Of a stretch of DNA of 64,000 bases, positions 38,368-50,473 are shown piece after piece. The translations under genes and the position numbers were made by a program. Each line of letters opens with the position of its first letter. Position 1 is the first letter of the stretch. Origin of the DNA: Trichosphaerium sp. ATCC 40318 (taxonomy: Eukaryota; Protista; Tubulinea); contig JALMLS010000353.1 in NCBI GenBank assembly GCA_038496445.1, positions 377,144 through 441,143 of the forward strand, written 5' to 3'. The notes beneath the pieces are model-generated. The model was not told the origin of the DNA. It made no database searches and was given only the letters and a program-made list of their open reading frames with translations.

Positions 38368-39884
38368 ATGTCAACCTTCAAAATAAATAAAACATCGTTT
38401 AAAATAAACGATAAGCAATACACACGCATTACACTTGAAAACGGAGGTACATCAACGAATTTAAGCTAAAATGACTTATTGGTAGGTGCTGGCGCGTATG
38501 TGACGCTTGTACCCGAGGTAGGTGGTGCTGTAGAGCAAATTTGTTTACCAAACAACGAAAAACTTTTTACGTAAGTACATTGTACACCAAACAATCGGTT
38601 AACTCTAATGAATTCTTTAAGATTGCTTGCTGCTCCAAATAAGAGGTAAATCACAAAAGAAAAAGTCGTACAACATTTACTTTGTCGGTCTGTTTACAAC
38701 CCTCAGTGATGGTAAAACACCTCTGAACAAGGCCTGGATAGATGACTACGCATCTTCATGGAAAGGTAGCATGCTCATGCCTTGGCAGAATAGGATAAGG
38801 GATGGCACGTGATTAATTTTGTTTTACGAATTAGGAAAACGATCGCTAACAATACTAAAGGAAAATACTCTTGGAGAGGTCAATGTACTTAAGCTGTGCG
38901 AAAATACATTGTGCTTATTTTTAAACTAGCATACACATTACCTGTTAATGAAACGCCACGCAATTGCGCTTTGCATGGTCTGTTGTTTGACGCACCTATG
39001 ACAGTAACAAAAGAAGTAAATAAAACCTATTTAGAACTAATTAACTCGCTCATTACTATTGTAGGTCGCAGACGATAAAGCAGCAAAAGTATGCCTCACT
39101 TACGAATTTGATAACAACCCTGGCTATCCATGGAAGGTATGCTAAAGGACGTTGATACCACATCTTAATATGGGTAAAGGTGCAAGTTTCAATTCTATAC
39201 ACTCTAGACGCAGCTGGATTTAAGTGTGAAATGTGGGGCGTTAATCAATCCGAATCATGTGCTCCATTTGCATGTGGTTGGCACCCATATTTTGCACTTA
39301 GTAGCGCTGATACGGTTGACAAATGCAGTCTTAAGCTCCAAAATTGTAGGTTTGATATCGATTGTTTGTTTTAATCTAACAAGTTTAGGCGAGGAAACAA
39401 TTGCAGACAAGCAATTATGCCCTACGTCTTCAAAAAACCACCCTGGATTTGATTGCAGTATAAAAGACCTAAAATTGGATACTGCGTTTCGCATTGGTAG
39501 GTGGAATAGAACGTAGTATAATAGCATCTAACATTTGCAGGAAAATTTTCTATTTCGGACCCAGTTACCGTCTCAGAAGTATGCATATCGTTGTTTTAGT
39601 GGTATTCCATTAACGTATCTTAGGCACTCACTGCATCACCAATACCATCAAAGTGCAGCACTACGCGGGTTGCTGGCCCTGGTGCAACAATTGCCTTGTG
39701 GCAAGATACATCATTCCCCTTTGTACAAATCTACACACCGGATGATCGCACTTGTATAGCCATTGAACCAACGTCAGGGCCTCCAAACTCGTTTAATGTT
39801 CCAGAAAACGAAGAACAATACTTTGTATTGAAAAAGAAGGCAGGTACCACATTCTACGGATCTTTTGGAGTTCGCCTGGAATAA
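38368..39884 (+). CDS. Aldose 1-epimerase / galactose mutarotase-like protein
   Basis: LMPWQNRIRDG, ALHGL, GYPW, GWHPYF, LDTAF, VQIYT..IAIEP. Confidence 0.9.
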
Positions 39885-40120
39885 AATAACTTATTTCACA
39901 TTTGGCACGTGGGGTTTTTTTTTGTGAACGCTTTTGCCACACTTTCATCCCCGCACCAAAAGCACAACAAATAAACTCTTCGAAGAAGCAAAATTAGCGC
40001 GGTTTCCGTGACTACTGTTGACTATTGTGTCGTGCAAAGAATTGTAATTTACATAATTTTTTTGTCTGTCTGGAATTGCGTACTGCTCTACAACAAACGT
40101 TACGTAGCTCGAGCTACGAT

Positions 40121-43100
40121 ATGAACGAGGAGAATGTTAGTTTCAAAAAATTTGAAGCAAGTAACGACCCAATGGATACGTTGAGTACGTACATGCTATA
40201 TTTTACGAACGAATGCCATTTTATTTCATGTTATTCGTATAAGTTCAAATCCTAGTACTAATAAATTTAAACACTGCTTCGTACGCGTACCACTCATGCG
40301 AGTTTTAGTGGGCGAGGGAGAATTAGAATTATTAGAACTTCACACTTGTATTTCCTCACAAAGTGACGTTTACTGACGCTCTCATAGTGCCTGAAACAAA
40401 GAAAGAAGTACGTGACGAGCAAGGAGATACTGTAATGGAGGTTAATGAAACGACAAACAAAGAAAACATCGAATTGAAGCGTAAACGCGCAAACTCGCTC
40501 ACTCAAGCAAAGAGGTATGATTAATAAGTATTTTTCTGTTTATTAGTTAGTTTTTTATTTTTCAAATTGAAAAGACGTTAAAGTTTCCTAATTACGTATT
40601 TGTCGCATAAAGGAACTTGTAGCGTAAAAACTTGTTTTACTGAATATCTTCTGTAGTAAAAAACGTATCAAGCTGGAAGTCAACAAGCAAGAACAATCTA
40701 CAAACTACAGTGGTATCAATGCTGAGATTATATCCGATGATGAATCGGTTGAGGAGTTTGGCGATAATGACAACAAAAAAGAAATAAAAAAAGAAGAAAA
40801 ACAAGAGCAAAAAGATCAACCAAAAGAAGAAGAAGAAAAGGTCAAGGGACCATTGACATTGTCAAAAAATAGCGACAAGGAGAAATACGAACTTGGTGCT
40901 GGTATGAATGAGAAACTGCGGCCTTATCAACGCAAAGGCATAAAGTTCTTGTATCCTTTTTACTTTTACAAGTCATTTATGGCTTCAACTCCACTAGCAC
41001 CAAAATTTGGTTAATTTAAACGTCAAATGACGTTTTGTTAGTTACCAATTTTTTTTGCGTCTACATTGGTATCTAACAATCGCATTTTGACAGTATTGCC
41101 AATACTGGTGATTTGGTGGGGTTTTCTTTTTGCCAGCAGTATAAATAGTTGAACCTTGACACTACGAAAGATTCAAGCTCTTCAAACAAAAAACAGGGGT
41201 ACAGTAACTTGCAATTTAAGTTTTTTTATATTAACTTTGTTTTAAAGGGCATCCTTGGAGATGATATGGGTTTGGGTAATGTTTTTTTTGTGTGCCAGTT
41301 TCGCTGAAATTAAAGCGAATAAAGTGTTTGGAAATTAAAGTTTTAGGGTTAACTGTAATATAGGAAAGACGGTTCAAGCGCTTGGGTTTTTGTTTGCTAT
41401 ATTGCCAAAACGTAAATCTAGATTTAATCTATCACCTACAAAGGTTGGAAATGTATCTCATGTTGAATCAGCACCTCCTGATCCCCAAAAGAAGCATGGC
41501 CAAGTGAGTGTTTAAATTTTTTAAGAATAATAGTCTTACTCTCTTAGGTCCTTGTAGTATGCCCGGCGAGTGTAATACCTAATTGGGAGGATGAAACAAA
41601 GGTGTGGAGGCGGTTTGCAAACAGATCAGATGTAAGATTTCAAAGGTACAACATTAAGTGTATTTAACAAATAATTTGACAAAATGATTCAAAGGTATTT
41701 GGGTCCAAAGAGGAAAGAAGTCATAGACAACTTGGACAATGGACGCGTTGAGATTGTATATACATCCTATGAAACTTTTAGACGCGATTTAGCTGTATTA
41801 AACCGAGACTGGCTTTGTGTAGTATTAGATGAGGTGCATCGTGTAAAAGGTAAGTTGGTTTTTGTTTTAAAAGAAACAACTGCTAACGCCTTCAATAATA
41901 GCCCGCAAATCAAAAGTAGCTATGGCTTGTCAAGAACTCCGTACAATGCGACGATATGGCTTGACTGGTACAGTAATGCAGAATAACTTTGAGGAACTTT
42001 ACACCTTGCTTAATTTTGTTCGGCCTCACTGTCTTGGCACACTTGACAACTTCCGTCGTTTGTAAGTTCTTATCACCTTTAACAATATTTAAAGAGAGCT
42101 TCTCCTAATAGTGGTAGGTATACTCACCCAATTAAAACGGGTCAACGACGTGATGCAAGTAAGCCTGATATTGCTAGAGCAAAAAGAGCAACAAAGCAGC
42201 TCAACACAATTATACGAAAGGTACTTGTACAATTTCTTTTATTTCTTTTATTTCAACTTTGTATAATTCTAACACGTGTTCAAGATCGTTTTACGGCGTG
42301 ATAAGTCTATCATTAGTGAATACTTGCCTGGGAAACAAGATAACATTGTATTCTGCAACTTGACGCAGTTACAAATACGTATGTACAAGAGATTGCTTCA
42401 GTCAGATGAATTTCAAAGGCTGATTTCATACAAACAGCCTTGCAGCTGTGGGTACGTCTTGCATTGTCGCATAAACGTTGCTTACGTTTTTCAAAGCTCT
42501 GGTTTCAGGCAAAACGATTGTTGTTTTGCGAAAAAGGGCGGTGGTTCATGGAGAAGCCTTTTGTTCCCTGCATTGCAAACACTATTAAAGCTATCTAATC
42601 GTGAGTATTGTTTTTTTTTGTTGAAGGCATTTAAGTTTATGAGCAATTCTTTGTAGATACCATGTTGTTACAACCAAGTGAATTGAAAAGAGAAAAAGAT
42701 AGAGCGAAACATACGCGAGCTGTAAATTTATGGAATATTGCCGTGGTACGAGATGCTTGTTTTGTTATTCCTTTAGTTTGTTTGTACTAACTTTTTATTT
42801 TTTAGGGCGAAGATAGGGCATTGATAGAAGAACTTATTGAGACAAGACAACATGAGATGTTGTGTGGTAAAATACTTACTCTGAAATCTTTATTGCCTAT
42901 CTGGAAAAGCAAAGGTCATAAGATATCCTTTAAGATTTTTTGATTCCTCTTTTTTCGTACAAACATATAAAGTCGCTTAACTATGATACATTCTACTCTT
43001 TTCTCAGTCCACCAAGATGTTGGATATTTTATATGGCGTTGTCAAAAGTGCAGGGCTATCATCATTACGTCTGGATGGATCTACTCCTTTGAATGAGAGA

Positions 43101-45091
43101 AAGCGTAGAATAGATATTTTTAATAATCCCAAAGGACGTATTGATTTATTCTTGATAAGCACAAAAGCTGGTGGTCTTGGGTTGAATCTTACTGGTACTT
43201 TTAAACATAACTTGAACGTTGTTTTTTAATGAAACATAAATTAGGAGCCAATATTGTTGTTGTGTATGACGCCTCTTGGAATGCTACACATGATCTTCAA
43301 GCGCAGGATAGAGCGTATCGTATTGGTCAAACGAAACACACTGATATTTACAGACTTATATCTGCTGGTACAATAGAAGAAATGACGTATGTGAAAGGCC
43401 CTTGCTGGGAGTACGTTTTGTTGACAGGATGTAGGTATAATCGGCAGATATACAAACAACAAATGGCTGGTATAGGTATAGAAGGGACGTATGAGCGTAG
43501 GTATTTCACTGGTGTGGAGGGAGTAAAAGGACAGGAAGGAGAAATTTTTGGGTTAATTAATCTCTTGAAACTTAGTAGCGATAAGCTGTTCACAAATGGT
43601 AACTATTTTACATGATTCGCCAACGTATACTAAAAAACTATTTAGATATTATAGAAAAAGCTAAAGATTCCGAAGAAAACTACATTGTAAAGGAGAACAA
43701 ACTCAATAAGGAACAGCCTTCAATGCTAACTGGTACTGGCAAGTATTAATAAGTTATCTAAAGTTTGTATTCTGTAGGTTTGTTTGATAAACCTTCATCT
43801 CAAAACGAATCTACAATAGACCTCACAGGAGACGAGAAACTTATTGATCTTGACACGATAGCATCGCGTACGAACCTAGAGCTTTGTCCTTTGTCTTTTT
43901 AATAGCTTGAACGCCTTGTACTAACTTTTCTTAAGAATTGAATAACAAATCTTTCTCAGTGTTCGATGATGATGTAGCCAAAGCACTTGCCGCTTCTGGT
44001 GTTTTGTACACTCACCGAAATAGGGTACACTTATACCTTTCTTCTTTTTTTCTTCTTTTTTTTTTGAAAATTAAATGAATCAAAACGAAGATTTCGTTTG
44101 CATAGCTAATTCGTCAGTGTGCATCGCCTTCTCTGTGTGGCTTCGCGCACTGGCGACTTAATTAGACATGTAGTACCCTCTGTAGTGTAATGGCAAATCA
44201 CGCTTGGTTGTAGCCCGAGAAATGGTGGTTCGATTCCATCCGGAGGGATTTTTTTTTATTTGAAATTCATATTCTATTTTCGCTTATTATTGTAACACAT
44301 CTGCTAATACAATGCACAGGATATTGTGGGTGAAAGTAGAGCTGAAAGACAGCTTGCTAAACAGCTAGAGGAAAAATACAAAGGAAAACTTGGTTCTAGC
44401 CTAATGCCTCCTACTATGCCTAGAACGCCTTATTCAAATACTCCACTTGGCAACACAAACTTTACGCGGCTTATCCGCTCGAATAATAGCTTAAATATGC
44501 CAAGACAACCGATGACCTTTAACCCATTCCTTTCAACGCCTAGCGCTAGGAATTTACAGACACCTCTGTTTGGTAAAGATACTTTATCTGTTCCTGGAGC
44601 AATGGCGCGGCCGGGTATAGCGCCTACATTTGGTAAACCTGCAAGGAAGCTGAATACAGGTAACTTTTCATTCAATGGTACTTTGGGATCAGGTGTGCGT
44701 CGTCCATGGTTAAACAAAAATGCTTTATCAAATCCTGGCTCTATGAAACGTCCAGGTATAACACCGACGTTTGGTAAACCTTCAAAGCGATTTGGCTATA
44801 ATTTCAAGCTACCTACAGCGAACACTAATAATGTGGTACGTTTATTCAGAACCGACACTGAAATGTCTTTTTTTTCTAATGTACTATTTTCTGAAGGTCA
44901 ATATTACTACACAGGATCCATTAGAGTTAATGGAACAGAGCGCCAAGGCAATGGGTCTTTGGACACCGATGATGGAGCAAACCAATAAGACACTTTTGCG
45001 TCAGGCAGCCGAACGTGCTCGGAAGCAAGCTGAACTTGCGGAAAAACGGAGGAAGCCTAATAACAGTGAACCCATTGTAATTGAAGATTGA
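40121..45091 (+). CDS. ERCC6L2: SNF2-family helicase of the ERCC6L2/RAD26L group
   Basis: [76 protein letters not shown], and YTHRNR|DIVGESRAE (VIGSSK-like motif). Confidence 0.85.
40951..41170 (+). other. U12-type GT-AG minor intron
   Basis: Donor GTATCCTTT. Branch site CCTTGAC at 41154-41160, 10 nt before the intron end. Splicing restores GIKFL|FKLF. Confidence 0.9.
42923..42989 (+). other. U12-type AT-AC minor intron
   Basis: Donor ATATCCTTT, branch GCTTAAC at 42975-42981, terminal AC. Splicing restores SNF2 motif IV KGHK|[14 protein letters not shown]. Confidence 0.93.
44176..44248 (+). tRNA. tRNA-Tyr(GUA), intronless, nested in intron 44025-44319 of the ERCC6L2-like gene
   Basis: Full cloverleaf: acceptor CCCTCTG/CGGAGGG plus A73, anticodon stem CTTGG/CCGAG with loop TTGTAGC, T-arm GGTGG-TTCGATT-CCATC. 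Followed by an oligo-T Pol III terminator. Confidence 0.88.
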
Positions 45092-45263
45092 TTGGTAACA
45101 CTAACGATAAGACAATAATCTTTGCACCGTTGTAAATAAGTTGAAAAAAAAAAAAGGCAGAGATTGTTTGTTTAAGTCGTATTTCTTATTTTAGTTCACA
45201 GTCAACTTGTTTTAGTGAGCAAAACTACTTCCGTTAGTACAAAAAGTTGGTGCAACTGCCTTC

Positions 45264-46709
45264 ATGGCTGAAACCGATTCATCAGAGAACAGCAGCAAGC
45301 AAGAAAGTATTCGAGATGTTATACCGTTTGATATCCGCTTACACACTGCTGATAACTTCGATGAAGGCATAAACAAAGTTTTCGTCGCAGTTCGGTGTGA
45401 TGGTAACGAACTGACGCGTTCTAAACCAGTTTGGGTAATCAACCAACGAGCTTCGTTTCATCAAACCCTACGCGTAGACTGTGCAATTAGTAAGTGCTAT
45501 CAACTCGCGATTTTAATTAAAAACTTGTTTAGAAAAAAAAGGAGGAGCTTACAGAGCTAAATCGATGAAACTAGTGCTGTACAACCTCAAAAACAAAAAT
45601 GGAAAAGTCAAAGATGAAAAACTTCAAGTACAGTTCACATGTTTACTCGTTTTAACCTGACACTGTCACTTCGTAGAAATTTGAGATAGACCTAGCTGAT
45701 TTTGTAGACGCTGCACCAAGTGACACCGAACTGAAATCAGAACCGACAAAGAAAGGCAAAGGCTTGTCTCTTAACGTACTCAACGCTTGTTAAAAGAGTT
45801 ATTTAATGTATCGTAGCTTGTAGTTAAAAAAGGGAATCGCGTTGGCTATGAAAAGCGTACCAAGGGCATTAAACGCATTAAAAAACGCGTAGGCCAGAAG
45901 CTAGGTGTCAAAACAAAAGAACCGTACACATTGTATTTTCTTCCAACTCAACAAACTGACGCGCTGTAGCGAGTATCAAGAATATTTCCTGTCAGATTCT
46001 GAAGAGAGTACAACTCAAAATGTGCGACAATTGTAAAAACAAGTGTAGTTTTTTTGACTAGAGTGTCTAGGATATAGAAACGACCACAGACAATATAATA
46101 GACGATTCTGATTTATCCATAAGTGAATCTGTTGATATGGATCAATTTTGTACGCCCACAGCTAAGGACTGTACTAATTTTCGAGTTGTAGTGAGCCCAG
46201 AAGCGAAGAAGGAGCTAGAAAAACTAGATCTCAGCTCTAGTTCTGAGTCAGAAATTGACACGCAAGCTGTGATTGCAAAACGACCTGCCATTAAAGAACT
46301 ACGGCGTAGAGTTACTTCCGTCAAGTTTAACCCTGTTGAAACCAAGGCGGTAGAAAGCGAGCCAGTTGCACTTGATGAACCCAACAAACCCCTCAAACCT
46401 GTCGCACCTGAGGAACCTGAAGAACCTAAAGAACTTGAGGAATCTGGGGACTCTATGGAACCTGAGGAAGATGACGAAGGTGATGAAAGCATAGAGGTCG
46501 TTAAATCACCACCTGAAGTGAAGAAAACTGAAAACAGCAAGCCGCCAAAACAGAACAAAAATAGGAAAAAAGCTGTCTCATTTGTAGGAAAAGAAGATAT
46601 AATCGAGCCACAACCTGAAAGGTTACCTCAGCGACCAATGAGAGAAAAGACTCCACTACTTGCACAGAAAAAACGAAAAAAATCTGCTCTTTGTTGCTGT
46701 TTTGGATAA
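45264..46709 (+). CDS. NT-C2 (EEIG1/EHBP1-type) domain protein with acidic region and C-terminal polybasic-CCC motif
   Basis: VFVAVRCDG..ASFHQTL..YRAKSMKLVL..FEIDLADF. Ends KKRKKSALCCCFG (probable lipidation). Confidence 0.65.
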
Positions 46710-46861
46710 TAGCGAAAAAAAATACAACCTGTACATTATAAGCCTTTTGTGTCTTTGCTTGGGAGTTACATTTGCTCTCGCTTTCCAAAACAGAACAAGG
46801 TCTTATCTAGAACATTAGTTCACTGCATTATTATTGTACTGCAGTGTGTTTTTTTACCATC

Positions 46862-49800
46862 ATGGGAGAGCTTGTGGCAAAAGAATCAGTCGTAACAAAG
46901 AAACCCGAGAGAATACTGAAACTAGTATTAAGTTTCTTTGGGAAATCCCTTACTATTAGCGTGTATTTATTGGCTAGCTCGTCGCACATCGCAGCGCTAT
47001 ACAACCCAAATACAATTTGGAGAGTTTTTACCTTAAATACAAACAACTTGCTCCTCAACCCTTTTCACTATGAGCTTGTACGTATTTTTGATTAGTACAT
47101 TGTTGGATAACACGGTTGATTGTTGTTTACAGTTTCAAGTCTAATTCGAAAGGTCCTGATATTAACACCATGCGCGAGTACGCTAATAAGCTCTCGGCGA
47201 GAGATATAACGTTGGAGCACCTCATAACAGCCCAGCCGTCGTTGGGTCAAATGTTCGCAGCGTTTTTAAAGGAAGACTATGCTGAGGAATCGCTTGCATT
47301 CTACAAAGACGTGTGCAAGTTCGAGAAGCTCAAAAAGACAGGACCTCCAACAAAGGTACTTCTATTTTCCGCTCCAAATACTCCGAACAGCGTATAACAA
47401 CCTCCAACATTGTCAAAATACTATTTCTAAAACACCACTTTGCTAAAAACGTACAGATGTTAAAAAAAGGAGCAAAGACGAATGCCCAAGGAACACTTAT
47501 TTGTGAACAGTTTTTGGGCTTTGGTAGTAACAGCAATGACTCACAGATTAACATCAACAAAGGCTTGCTTAGCGACATTAGAGTTGCGTACAAAACTCAA
47601 CAGTATTATGAAGGCATTTTCGATGTTATTCGGGGTGATATAGCATCGTTGTTGCGTACACAGCTACTAACATTCTCGAATGGAATGGACAAAAGTAGTT
47701 CTGATTATGGCACACTTTCAATTTACATGAAAGACATACAAAACGCGAGTGCATCGTTAGAGGAGCTCTTTGATAAGGAAAAGAGTATTACAACTGCTTT
47801 TAGAGCATTTTTAAAAAAAGGATTTAGCGAAGAGTATCTGCTCTTTTATTTAGAATGTGCGAAGTTTAATCGCCTAGCAAGCGCGGTACGTCTCTCGCAC
47901 TCCCTAGAAATTACTTGTTGGGGTTTTTTTTCTCATCAAAGCGAACATAGTTGCATTGTTCAACATGCTTTTACGCATTTTTATTTTGTCATTTTATCTC
48001 CTCTAAGTGTTACTATTTTAGTCCAAATCGGCACAGTACGCTCTAGCTTTAGCAATATGTGAAGCATACTTTGGGATTGACAGCGAAGACAGCTCGTCAC
48101 GCGTTGCTGTTGCAAACGACGACATAATGAGCGCTTATCGCAAAAAAGTGTTCAATGTTGACACTTTCGTAAAACCAAAGCGCGAAATTGAGACTTTACT
48201 GACTACTAAATTCCTTGATTTCGTATTGAAGGCCGAACGCCTTTCGGTACACAATAACTCAACTATTGTGACCACTAGTTAGCTAAATATTACCATTCTA
48301 GGACGACAAGCTGCGTGGCACTCCCAAGAAGCGTTCTCTTTCGCAACGTAATCTAGTCGTAGACACGGGCTCGTACAGTCCAGGAAGGAATAGTTACGGC
48401 GGTATGATTAGTCCGAAACGTCACTCTAGATCTAAGTCTGACTCTCCACGAAGGCGGTCAGAAGCATGGGTAGGTCCTTGGAAATTCGTTTTCTTTTTTA
48501 CAAAACCTTTTATTTTTTGTCCACTCACTTTTTTGATCAAGCAATTGACGGATGAAGGATTCACAATTGCTGTCTCATGGGCATCTGAGAGAAAAAAGAA
48601 AAGGTTCAGCAAACACAGAGTGACATCTGTTCCAGTTCTGTTAGGTACAAAAATCAATATTTGATAGGCGCTAATTTTGACGATACCTTCAGGTCTTCTA
48701 GCAGCTTTGTTCAAAATAACACGCCCTCTCGACCAGCTACGATTAGAGCTACTGGATACTGAGTTTGACGCTTATATGACACTTGAATCAATACGAGATT
48801 TGCCTACAAAATCTAGTATGAGAATTGTGTCGCTAGACCCTGATCCTCCTGGTGTAAATGCAGACAGAGTGATTATTAAAAGGCTATTGGAAGATGTCAG
48901 CGAATTGAGAGTAGATCTAAGAGCACTCAAAACACACATGATAGGTGATTCACCACAACCAAAACATAGCAAAAAGGCTAAAAAGGAAAAGAAAAAAGAA
49001 CGAATTACTCATTATCCAAGAGCACCTCTCCCACGTGTCGTTGAGATTCCGCAAGAAGCAATAGCACAGGTGCAAGAAATAGAGAAAGCACTAGAGAAAG
49101 TAAGCAAGGAAAAAGGTCAAATACGAACACATAAATCCAAGGCATCAGGCGGTAGCATGGGCAGCCCACAAACAAGGTCACGTGCAACCTCGTCAAGGTA
49201 TTAAAACATGTATTTAAATGACTCTTCTTATTATTTCAATAGGTTAGAACTTGGCATTGATGAACGTGGGCCACTTGGCGGGCACCGCTATGGTTCTGTA
49301 GTTTCTCTTGTATCTATTACTAAGCAGATACTGGAAGATGAAGAGTCAATTTTGAAAGAATGGCTCAAAGCAATGTACCTCACAGAGAACGTTGGCGTTG
49401 AGAGTCTTAACATTTGTACTGTAGGCCAAGCACAAGGAAAATTGACGCAAGCGTTTTAACCAATACATTGTGGCCAAGTGGTTGCAAATTTGACCCTTTT
49501 ACGTGCTCAAGGCTTGCTTCCATTTTCGGCAAGGACACTACTAAGTTAATGGGTCCCATGGAGCTAATTTTGCTAAGTACGATTACAACCAACTCCTGGT
49601 TTTAGCTTACAATTTTTCTAGCACGCTACATTGCGCACCTGTGGAAACCGTTTACAAAGCACGATAGAGTATGCGGGCAATTAGTATTATACAAGAACTA
49701 ACAAGGCATAGTATGGTACAGATGCGCTCTCACACGAAGAATTGCTTAAAGCACTGCTTGAATTAAAATTCGAGAATGTATGTTTTGATAGTTTTTTTTG

Positions 49801-50372
49801 GCATTGTACCATGACTCTAAACGACCTATAGATGGATGATCAGTGTGTATATCCCCTGTTACAAAATCATCATTTAGACAATGATGGTGACGTTTTGTTT
49901 TCAGGTATGGCCTTTGTATAGCCTCAGACAGCTGCTAACTAATTTCCCATAGGTTTTGTAAGCCTTGTTACACAGTTTGCTTCCATTAGGACATTAACCA
50001 AGGACCTTCCCAGACGGCTTAATTCTACTTCCCTGGAAATGAACTTGTACGATTGCCTAAATGCTCTGCATTTTAAACTTACACTTTGCTTCAATAGACC
50101 AACCCTGATTCGCATAGTTACACAATTTCAAGTACGTTTTTTACACCTAGTGTTTTCATGACACTCAATGTTTACCGTTTTTGTAGGAGTGCAAGTACCT
50201 TGATATCTTGGCTGACATTGTGTAATTATCTCACGCCAATAATGTACTCAGAATTTGGCACCCTGAGGATCTGTATTTTACATCTGCAACAAAAGGCCAG
50301 AACGAAATTGCAGAAACGAATAAAATGGTCTACCTTGTTAAAAACACGCAGCAACTACTTTTTCGAAGTTAA
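46862..50372 (+). CDS. Protein with two RGS domains and an uncharacterised C-terminal region (multi-exon)
   Basis: FAAFLKEDYAEESLAFYKDVCKF and FRAFLKKGFSEEYLLFYLECAKF, plus QININK..IFD. The last exon requires a 30-nt intron at 50222-50251. Confidence 0.8.
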
Positions 50373-50473
50373 CTTTGTTGTTCTATGAACTTTTGACAAA
50401 AGTTTGGATCTTGGCTTAAAAAAAATGTTAAGCTCTATTTCGCCGGTATTAGCATTTGTACCTGTAGTATAAC

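Noticed and set aside
50223-50225. Readthrough of an in-frame TAA in the RGS gene
   Set aside because: A 30-nt GT-AG intron (50222-50251) removes it and gives DILADIVIWHPEDLYF.
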